A DNA stretch of 64,000 nucleotides from Candidatus Freyarchaeum deiterrae (lineage in GTDB: Archaea; Asgardarchaeota; Jordiarchaeia; Jordiarchaeales; Jordiarchaeaceae), in the NCBI GenBank assembly GCA_037305845.1, contig CP147778.1, positions 1,792,001-1,856,000 on the forward strand. Reading direction: 5' to 3'. A model generated the notes under the pieces. The model saw only the letters and a program-made list of their open reading frames with translations. It was not told the origin of the DNA and ran no database searches. Made by a program: the position numbers and the translations under genes. Positions 9,606 to 18,227 of the stretch are shown piece after piece (position 1 is the stretch's first letter; each line of letters begins with the position of its first letter).

Positions 9606-11825
9606 TTAGTTAAAATCTTTTAATGATGTTTGCTTATCGGTTGGAAAAATTAAATTCGCATTACCTTCTGTTGTATTATTCAGTTGTTCCTTAATTTTTT
9701 TGGCTAATTCTTTACCTATGGTAGGAATTTTTGATAGCTCTTCAATGTTTACAGAGGCTAAATCCCGAGTGTTCTTCAGGCCAGCATCGTATAATCTTCT
9801 TGCTCTAATTCGCCCTATTCCAACGAGTTTTACAAGGTCTAATAGTTCTTCTTTCACTCCGTAATTTATTCTTGTTCTAATGCGTCGGATATAGGAGAAT
9901 TCCTCCTTAATATTTAATAGCTTTGCAATTTCGTACGTGGAGTAGAGCAACCAATCTGCTGTTTCAACAAACCTAAATATGTCACCTGAACCCACCCCAA
10001 ATTGTGAAATAATCTGATCCTCCGAAGCTTCGCTAATCCATCTATCAAGCAAATAAGTCATCTTCAATTCGGATAAAAACCATTCATACTCCCCTGGATC
10101 ATCCCCTTCATTTGGCGGAATTATACGAAGTTCAAATTTATGTTCATCAGCAAAAAAACTCAATTCCTTGTAATCTTTTCTCCCAAGATAGAGACGCGGC
10201 ATATCAGACGTATGGGAAATTAGATGTAAATAGCCAATATCCGCTGGTTGCTCTACATTTGCCTTTAGACCATCTCTAATTATAACCGCTGACATGGGGT
10301 CAATGTAGAGTTCCGATATTCTTCTACCAAAGGGTGTGGCAACTAAAATATTTTTTTCAGGCTCTATCATCCCCTCTGATACCAAAAAAGTAAGGATACC
10401 ATCCAGAATCATTTCAATAAAATCTGAACCGAACTGATGAGCATAGAAGGTGTTCTCCATAAACGCCATTATACCTTTACGGTTGTTAGCATAATTCGAA
10501 GCAATCGTAGCAAGTATCTGCGTTCTGAGAAAAGACTCTGATGCTAATTTTGATTCAATAATTTCTGGAGCGCCCTTAATGTACCTCTCCATAAGTATAT
10601 TCTCCTCCCCCGCACTCTTGGCTATAAGAACAGACTCTCCCTCAATGTCGTATTTCGGTCTTCCTGCCCTACCAGCCATTTGCTTATACTCTAGAACCGG
10701 AATCAGTCTATACCCAAAATTAGAATCATATCTTCTATAATTTCTAATAATCACTCTTCTAGCAGGAAGGTTAACCCCGGCAGCTAAAGTAGGGGTTGCA
10801 CAAACCACTTTAATCAAATTATTTTTAAAATTCTCCTCAACCACCTTTCTTTGATTATAATTAAGCCCAGCATGATGAAAAGCCACCCCACCTTCAATGC
10901 AAGACGCTAACTGCTTAGAAATTTGTGTAAGTTCTCCACCATGAAGCAGCTCCCGCGCCAGGAGCTTAAGCCTCTTTTTCTCAACATTACTCAGGTAACT
11001 GGATAAAATACTGGAAACGCGGCTCGCAATGGAAACAGCATTTCTTCTTGTAGAATCAAATATTAAAGCCTGCCCTCTGTTCTTTATGGTATCAACCGCT
11101 AAACAAATTGAATATTCCGGATCTATTAAAGGGACACTTTGAGAACTACCATCCAAGTAACTAATAACTCCATTATGAAGCACCCCCTCTTTTAGAATTA
11201 CTGGCCTCCAATCACTTAAGACTAATTCTGCCTCCAACCATTCCGCAAGTTGATTCGCATTGCTTATTGTTGCACTAAGAGCAATAATCTGCGCGGTAGG
11301 ATTTATCTGTCGCAAACGTGCAAGAACCACTTCAAGTGTCGGTCCACGATCAGTGGAATTAATCAGGTGAATTTCATCAGCAATAATTACTGTAATTTTA
11401 GAAATCCAATCCGCGTGATGCCTCAGAAGAGAATCCGCTTTCTCGTTAGTACAGACTAAAATATCATATCTGCCAAGTTCGGAACCCGAAGAATCAAGAT
11501 CTCCTGTAGACAAACCAACTCTTATTCCAAGGCTTTCCCATTTCTTAAATTCTTCAAATTTTTCGCTGGCGAGGGCACGTAAAGGTACAAGATAGATGGC
11601 TTTACCTTTATTTAATATGCTCTTAATCATACATAATTCTGCGATTAGTGTTTTTCCGGAAGCTGTAGGAATAGCCAAAACTAGATTCACGTTATTCAAA
11701 ACACCTGCTCTAACAGCATCCTCCTGGGGAGGATAAAGAGATTTATAGCCCAACTCGACCAAAATTTTTTTAACAGCCTCTGAAATATCTAGATCTTCTA
11801 TAAGCAAAATACAACCCTCAGGCAA
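9606..11825 (-). CDS. hel308: Hel308/Hjm Ski2-like SF2 DNA helicase
   Basis: PTASGKT, DEIH, ALSAT, FHHAGL, TPTLAAGVNLPARRV, QMAGRAGRP and a C-terminal HhH with IGRIRAR. Confidence 0.95.
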   Translation of the reverse strand: MPEGCILLIEDLDISEAVKKILVELGYKSLYPPQEDAVRAGVLNNVNLVLAIPTASGKTLIAELCMIKSILNKGKAIYLVPLRALASEKFEEFKKWESLGIRVGLSTGDLDSSGSELGRYDILVCTNEKADSLLRHHADWISKITVIIADEIHLINSTDRGPTLEVVLARLRQINPTAQIIALSATISNANQLAEWLEAELVLSDWRPVILKEGVLHNGVISYLDGSSQSVPLIDPEYSICLAVDTIKNRGQALIFDSTRRNAVSIASRVSSILSSYLSNVEKKRLKLLARELLHGGELTQISKQLASCIEGGVAFHHAGLNYNQRKVVEENFKNNLIKVVCATPTLAAGVNLPARRVIIRNYRRYDSNFGYRLIPVLEYKQMAGRAGRPKYDIEGESVLIAKSAGEENILMERYIKGAPEIIESKLASESFLRTQILATIASNYANNRKGIMAFMENTFYAHQFGSDFIEMILDGILTFLVSEGMIEPEKNILVATPFGRRISELYIDPMSAVIIRDGLKANVEQPADIGYLHLISHTSDMPRLYLGRKDYKELSFFADEHKFELRIIPPNEGDDPGEYEWFLSELKMTYLLDRWISEASEDQIISQFGVGSGDIFRFVETADWLLYSTYEIAKLLNIKEEFSYIRRIRTRINYGVKEELLDLVKLVGIGRIRARRLYDAGLKNTRDLASVNIEELSKIPTIGKELAKKIKEQLNNTTEGNANLIFPTDKQTSLKDFN

Positions 11826-12119
11826 GCCAACAAATTAAACTAACCATAACCATATAAATATCATTTTTCGAAGCAAGTATTTAACGAAATCATCTTAAAC
11901 TATCTATTAGAAATTATAAACTGAACGCTCAAAATCATAACACAATCTCAATTACAAAGTAAAGCCTTTATAATTTAAAAAACATTAAAATTTTCCTAAA
12001 ACAGCACAAATACAGGCATAAAAACAAGGATTGCTGTTACGAAAGCAAAAAATTTATCTAATATTAACTGCAACTAACTACCACAACTCTTTGCGTCAAA
12101 TCCATAAAAATAAAGGTAT

Positions 12120-12286
12120 GGGCCCGTAGCTCAGAGGAATAAACTAATACTTCCGAGAAACCTGGTAGAGCGACAGAATTCTGCCAGAAAATCGTCGAAG
12201 CTCATATGTAACGCTGAGAAACCTGTTGGTCCAGGGTTCGAAAGAGCTTTATCAGTAAAGCTCCGAACATCCCTGCGGGCCCACCA
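12120..12286 (+). tRNA. tRNA with CAT anticodon, most likely tRNA-Ile2 (agmatidine), with four BHB introns; CCA encoded
   Basis: Introns 12135-12160 (15/16), 12177-12199 (30/31), 12207-12220 (37/38) and 12243-12269 (59/60) leave a 77-nt cloverleaf. The GGGCCCG/CGGGCCC acceptor with A73 resembles archaeal Ile tRNAs more than Met tRNAs. Confidence 0.9.
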
Positions 12287-12629
12287 CCACTAAAATAACA
12301 CAATTCAATAATCATTATTAAGCTCGCACAAAAATAATACTGCTTCACTTTTTAAAACAAATATTTCATACCCTCTTAAACCACTTTATCTTTACTCAAT
12401 CACCCCATAACATCCGCATTATGTTCTTCCATACTATTGCTTGCGGTTGAAATTTAGCGGTTAAGCAAAGCCTACTACCACATTCAAAGTAAACTAGGCC
12501 ACAAAATTCAAATCAGACTTTCACATTTTTTGATACCTTCTTTCACCTATCAGATTCACCCCAAACAAAGTATAAGCCGCTAAATCCATCAATTAAATCC
12601 CTCAACTCAAAAATTTATCATTTCCAAAA

Positions 12630-12648
12630 CCGAAAAAGTTATATTAAC
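12630..12648 (+). promoter_or_regulatory. Putative BRE/TATA promoter of the 16S rRNA gene
   Basis: CCGAAAAAGTTATATTAA about 250 nt upstream of the mature 16S. Confidence 0.5.
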
Positions 12649-12840
12649 ACAATCCGAAGGCATAAGTGCGGAAAATTATCCGTGAAATAGCCATAGCAAC
12701 CGGCGTCAATCCAGAAAAAGGGTCAAAGACCAAATATGAAGGATTGAAAATATTCCGCTATGGAAAAAATCAAATAAATGCGGATTTGAATAACTGGGCG
12801 TGCAAACGTCTGAAAGATTCATGATCCTAGAAAGGCTCAT

Positions 12841-12877
12841 AAAACCCAACGCAAAACAAGCTGGACCCTAAAAAGCC
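12841..12877 (+). other. 5' strand of the pre-16S processing stem (BHB-like)
   Basis: AAAACCCA-ACGCA-ACAAGCTGGAC...AAGCC is complementary to GGCTT...GTCCAGCTTGT-GCGT...TGGGTTTT at 14530-14567. Confidence 0.8.
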
Positions 12878-13165
12878 TTGCAAAACCCGCCACCAAAACC
12901 GGTTGATCCTGCCGGACTTGACCGCTATCGGGCTGAGACTAAGCCATGCAAGTCGTACGTTTCAGGCCACGCTGAAACGTGGCGTACTGCTCAGTAACAC
13001 GTTGTCAATCTGCCCTCAGGACAGGGACAACCTCGGGAAACTGAGGATAATCCCTGATAGGTGACACGGCCTGGAATGGTGTGCCCCCTAAAGGACTCAA
13101 TGGCATGCTCATTGACGTCGCCTGAGGATGAGACTGCGTCTGATTAGGTAGTTGGTGGGGTAGAG

Positions 13166-13255
13166 GTGTAACACCCCAAAAAACCAATACAACAACTAGA
13201 GTGCCCACATCACAAATTGGACATTCAGTAGTATTGGCGGGATGTCCCACTACAA
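13166..13255 (+). other. 90-nt BHB intron in 16S helix 11 (~E. coli 265/266), no ORF
   Basis: Clean BHB: GGTGGG/CCCACC outer helix, GTAG/CTAC central helix, bulges AG|G and AA|G. Splicing restores GGTGGGGTAGAGGCCCACC. Confidence 0.9.
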
Positions 13256-13324
13256 GCCCACCAAGCCGATAATCAGTACGGGCCACGGGAGTGGTAGCCC
13301 GGAGATGGGGACTGAGACAAGGCC

Positions 13325-13355
<31 letters not shown>

Positions 13356-13719
13356 ACTCCGCAATGCACGAAAGTGTGACGGGGCCAGCCCGAGTGCCAA
13401 CTGAAAATGTTGGCTTTTCACCCGCGCAAATAGCTGGTGGAATAAGGGGAGGGCAAGGCTGGTGCCAGCCGCCGCGGTAAAACCAGCTCCTCGAGTAGTC
13501 AAGACGATTATTGGGCCTAAAGCGTCCGTAGCCGGCTTAGTAAGTCTCTGGTCAAATCTAACGGCTCAACCGTTAGGCTGCTAGAGATACTGCTAGACTC
13601 GGAGGCGGGATAGGTCGAGGGTACTCTCAGGGTAGGGGTGAAATCCTATAATCCTGAGGGGACCACCAGTGGCGAAGGCGCTCGACTGGAACGCGCTCGA
13701 CGGTGAGGGACGAAAGCCA

Positions 13720-13774
<55 letters not shown>

Positions 13775-13854
13775 AAGTGTTAGGGCGGCCACGAGCTGCC
13801 CTAGTGCTGGAGGGAAGCCGTTAAGTCCACCGCCTGGGGAGTACGGCCGCAAGG

Positions 13855-13896
<42 letters not shown>

Positions 13897-14317
13897 AAGC
13901 CTGCGGTTTAATTGGACTCAACGCCGGAAATCTTATCGGGAGCGACAGCAGCATGAAGGCCAGGCTGATGACCTTGCCTAACGAGCTGAGAGGAGGTGCA
14001 TGGCCGTCGCCAGTTCGTGCCGTGAGGTGTCCTGTTAAGTCAGGCAACGAACGAGACCCTTGTCCTTAGTTGCCAGCGGGACTTCAAATAGTTGCCGGGC
14101 ACACTAAGGAGACTGCCATCGATAAGATGGAGGAAGGTAAGGGCCACGGCAGGTCAGTATGCCCCGAATCTCCCGAGCCACACGCGGGCTGCAATGGCTA
14201 GGACAATGGGTTCCGACATCGAAAGGTGAAGGTAATCCCCCAAACCTAGTCTCAGTTGGGATCGAGGGCTGTAACCCGCCCTCGTGAACATGGAATCCCT
14301 AGTAATCGCGTGTCATC

Positions 14318-14375
<58 letters not shown>

Positions 14376-14424
14376 CGAGTTTGGATGAAACATAATCCTT
14401 CGGGTTGTGTTAAATCCTGGTTCG

Positions 14425-14494
<70 letters not shown>

Positions 14495-14500
14495 AACCTG

Positions 14501-14613
14501 CGGCTGGATCACCTCCTTCGAAGAAAACGGGCTTATAGTTAGTCCAGCTTGTGCGTATATGGGTTTTTGGGCTTTCTTTTGTTCTATTGTTTTTTTCTTT
14601 AATGGGTTTGTTT
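14501..14613 (+). repeat. R1: native 16S 3' end plus processing strand and trailer (source of the direct repeats)
   Basis: Re-occurs at 41337-41446, 42687-42791 and 44139-44203. Confidence 0.9.
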
Positions 14614-14739
14614 TTTCTGTCTGTAATTTTTTCCGTGTTTGTCCTCTTGTTCTCGAAATTTTCACTCGAATTTTTTAATAAGTGCAAATCACAACATCAA
14701 AACAAAAAAGGGAAAAAGAAGTTTTAAACCTCGTCGTTT

Positions 14740-16182
14740 CTAGGTTCCACGCCTAGACCGCAAGAAGACAATAGTGCCTAACACTACCACAGCGGCTAAG
14801 AGACCACCGCCTATTAAAAGCGGCAAGCTAAGTCCAGTACCAGACTGACCAAGCACCATAGCCAGAAGAGGCAGAGGTGAAATACTGGCAGAAGAAAGGT
14901 TTCCAACTCGGAAGTAAACACCTAAGCCACTACCATCCTGACCCAAGCTCTCCCAAGCTACCACGAAGGACCCATTCTCAAGGCATTGAACTGAAGGATA
15001 CTCTTGACGGTCATTGATGTATTCGTTCACATGAACCTCGTCGGTAAAACTTTGCCCCATTGAGTTGAAGACCCTACAGTAAATACCGTCGTTAGCTTCA
15101 CCATAACCTTCCTGAAGCCAACTACTCCATACAACGATGTAGCCTGAATTATTAGAGAAACAGCATACAGAAGGCATCCTCTGATGGGCCGAGGTGTAGG
15201 TATTCACTTGAATATCGCCAGTCAGGGCATTACCCGCAGAGTTGAATAACCTAGTGTAAACCCCTTCGGCACTTCCGTCAGGGCTCTCCCAAGCCATAAC
15301 GAAGGCTCCATTAGAGAAACAATAGACAGTAGCATGATTTTGAGAGTACTCTATGTTAACAGGTGCGAGAATATCATTGGTCTGATTATTTCCCGAAGAG
15401 TCGAAAATTTTAAAGTAAACATCCCACCAGTTATAGACATCCTGATTATCCCACACTACAACAAAGGATTCATTACCGACACAGCAGACATTCGCATTTT
15501 CTTGTTCGAAGGCGGTTTCAGTGTTCACCTGTATGTCATCGGTTAGATTGTTGCCCGTAGAGTCAAAAACCTTGATATAAACACTGTCATCATCTATCTG
15601 ACCAGCACCTTCCCAAGCTACAACGAACCCATCGTTATCGAAACAGTATACAGAAGCAAAATTTTGCCTGTTTGCGGTGTAGCCATTCACCCGAACGTCA
15701 TCGGTAGTGTTGTCACCGGCAGAGTTGAAAAGCTTAAAATAAACGTCGGCGTTACCAGTTTGATTGCTGTCCCATGCTACAACGAAGGAGCCATTAGAAC
15801 GAGTGGACAAAGAGGGATTTGCCTGATTATTTGAGGTGTTACCGTTCACTCTTATATCTTCAGTCAAGTTATTACCTGTGGAGTCAAAAATTTTGAAGTA
15901 AACATCCAAGTCTCCAGTCTGATTGCTATGCCAAGCGATTACGAAGGAACCGTCGGAACGACTGCGGAGAGAAAGACTCGCTTGGTCATTTGTGGTGTTA
16001 GTGTTTACACGAGTTTCGTTCCCCCATACCACAATCAAACCCTTAGAAGTCGACTGCTGAACAGTAATTGTATGAGTTAATGACCACATTGGTGTCGGAG
16101 TGTTTTTCACTGTTAGTGCCACCGTGGTTAGACTCAGAGTGAGAGCCACCAGAATTAGAGCAAAAACCGTTTTTTTCTTAAT
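14740..16182 (-). CDS. Membrane-anchored surface glycoprotein with seven ~52-aa repeats (probable 7-bladed beta-propeller)
   Basis: Seven (G/E)xFVVxW...VYxxxFxSxGxxxTxDIxVN units, C-terminal TM followed by RSRRGT. The track start is GTG 16149; an in-frame ATT at 16182 after GAGGAGG gives a complete signal peptide. Confidence 0.75.
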   Translation of the reverse strand: MKKKTVFALILVALTLSLTTVALTVKNTPTPMWSLTHTITVQQSTSKGLIVVWGNETRVNTNTTNDQASLSLRSRSDGSFVIAWHSNQTGDLDVYFKIFDSTGNNLTEDIRVNGNTSNNQANPSLSTRSNGSFVVAWDSNQTGNADVYFKLFNSAGDNTTDDVRVNGYTANRQNFASVYCFDNDGFVVAWEGAGQIDDDSVYIKVFDSTGNNLTDDIQVNTETAFEQENANVCCVGNESFVVVWDNQDVYNWWDVYFKIFDSSGNNQTNDILAPVNIEYSQNHATVYCFSNGAFVMAWESPDGSAEGVYTRLFNSAGNALTGDIQVNTYTSAHQRMPSVCCFSNNSGYIVVWSSWLQEGYGEANDGIYCRVFNSMGQSFTDEVHVNEYINDRQEYPSVQCLENGSFVVAWESLGQDGSGLGVYFRVGNLSSASISPLPLLAMVLGQSGTGLSLPLLIGGGLLAAVVVLGTIVFLRSRRGT

Positions 16183-16827
16183 CCGTATTCCTCCTCATAC
16201 TTGTGAACTCATTATCTTAAATTATCACAACTCCTCTCTTCACGAAAATTACACTAACCTATCTCAATCTCAGAATTGTTTTAGTATAAAAATTTAATGC
16301 AAGCATCATATACTGCTTTAACACTATTTCATAAAAACCTCCCACCAACAATAGAATAAAACATGAATTTCAATAATCGGAGACTTTCACCCATTTTTCT
16401 AACAGGAGAATCTATCCCCCAAAATATGTAATTTTTTTACACATTTTTACATATTTTTTGCAAACGATAGTTAAACAACGGATAACCCGCCTCCTTATAC
16501 TAAAAGAAAAAAATCTCATAAAACTCTAAAATGGAAACCAAAGATAAAAACGAGATAAATGGAAAAAAACAGCAAAAAACGGAAAAAAATAATGAAAAAA
16601 AGGCTTTAAAAACCTCCAAATCAAACAAAAACCCCCCAAAAAAACAAGCATACGCCTTTATAAAGGAAAACGCCACCAGAAAACCACTTGGATGCGGCGC
16701 AAAAATCACCTCAATAGACTTTCTCACGAAATAACAAAAATCAATACATAAAATTGTTAAAACAGCGCCGCATCACCAAACAAACAACCAATATGAGAAT
16801 CAAAAAAATGGAGGGAGGCGAACCCTT

Positions 16828-17430
16828 TTGCTCAGCACCATGAAAATGGCGGAAAGATGGGCAGCAGCCACCATAGCACTGCTCGCGGTAAGCATCATCA
16901 CGCTGGCCTACCACTCCACAAAGGTATACTGGTACACCAGCCTAACACTAGCACTGACGCTGGGGCCCACGCCCACGGGAATCCTCAGTCTCGCAGTCCT
17001 TAGCGCCTACCCGGCGGAATTCAGCATAGGGGTAAACGCAGGCATCTTCGCGGGATTCTGGTACAAACTCTTACTGGACCTAGCCTACCTGGCACCCGTA
17101 GGAGTAGCCCTCTTCACAAGCCTAGTCGTCACCCTGTGCTACTCCCTGAGAGAGTTCCCAGGCTGCGAAACAGCCGACGGCATAGTAAAGAGAATAAACC
17201 AGATAATAACTCTGGGCGAAGAACGAGACCAGATGGAAGCAACCCTAGCCCTGATCGTGATACCCTGCATACTAATGAGCATCCAAACCTACGTCTACGC
17301 TCTAACACCGGTAACAAACCCCCTAAACCCCCTAATCCTAGTCATAATCCTCGCACTAAACCTGCTGACCACGTACAATTTCGGCACAAGCATAGGACGC
17401 ATCATACAACGTGAAGAAGTAATACGCTAA
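16828..17430 (+). CDS. Hypothetical multi-pass membrane protein
   Basis: 200 aa with about 6 hydrophobic segments, GGAGG SD upstream, and a C/A-rich codon style like the 5' end of the giant gene. Confidence 0.7.
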   Translation: MLSTMKMAERWAAATIALLAVSIITLAYHSTKVYWYTSLTLALTLGPTPTGILSLAVLSAYPAEFSIGVNAGIFAGFWYKLLLDLAYLAPVGVALFTSLVVTLCYSLREFPGCETADGIVKRINQIITLGEERDQMEATLALIVIPCILMSIQTYVYALTPVTNPLNPLILVIILALNLLTTYNFGTSIGRIIQREEVIR

Positions 17431-17580
17431 AAGGTGGATTTGCAATGAAGACGGGAAAAAGAACATGCTACAGCGTTTAATCTACAAACCATTCCCAAAC
17501 CCGCACAAAACCATAAAACAAGATGATTCGGAGTAAGCGGGGACAATAAATACCCCCATAACAAGAAAAACTAAAATGAT

Positions 17581-17662
17581 GCTGAGGTACCAGGTTCTCA
17601 TGGGACATATATTTAGTACCTGAGATGCCTGTTCTGCTGGCGCGCTTGCCTGGTACCTTAGC
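17581..17662. repeat. Inverted repeat / stem-loop element
   Basis: GCTGAGGTACCAGG pairs with CCTGGTACCTTAGC over 14 bp (one G-T); inner TCTCA/TGAGA stem. Confidence 0.6.
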
Positions 17663-18227
17663 GACCAATTCTCCTATACAAGCGGGTCTGGTTCAAAACT
17701 TGTTTCATCCGAAGCGTTAAAACTATTTTTCCTGAGGTCTGTAACCGCTTCCCGATTCAACACCTTTAAGAAAGAGCTTTTATCCGAAATATAATAAATC
17801 TTCCGATTTTTCATACCACTCTCAAATCTTACATAAATGAGAGCAGGGAAGACCTTCACACACGCCCAAAACCTGTTTGAACTTTTCCAATTAGGCTCTC
17901 TTCAGTCTCTGCAAGTGCCAAACTCTTTCGAAAAATTCAGGCTCAAAAGAGATCTGCCCTCCTATAAACCAAAAAGTTTATAATAAAGATAAACGGAAAA
18001 AGTACAAGCGCGTCGACAGGGGATAAAAGGTACACTAAATATCACACCATGTGCCGTAAGGCACACAAACCAACTCAAATTAACTTAACTCGGTTCGTAA
18101 AGAACTGCTTGAATAAATGAATAAATGCGAGGAGCTTATTTGAGGAGGCTGGATGGGTAGTGAGCGTACCCGGGTTTGGAGGATATCGAGTTAACAATCG
18201 TGGGAGGATGCTACCATAGGGGCCATC

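Noticed and set aside
12201-12214. Complementarity of the pre-tRNA segment CTCATAT-G-TAACGC to both pocket strands of the 48252-48332 hairpin
   Set aside because: The orientation is opposite to canonical H/ACA targeting and the matches are only 6-7 nt; likely chance.
16500-16734. K/N-rich and F-rich short ORFs on opposite strands
   Set aside because: Products of an A-rich low-complexity intergenic tract.
17674-17960. Short minus-strand ORF fragments upstream of the giant gene
   Set aside because: Possibly a decayed gene, but no recognisable family; insufficient support.
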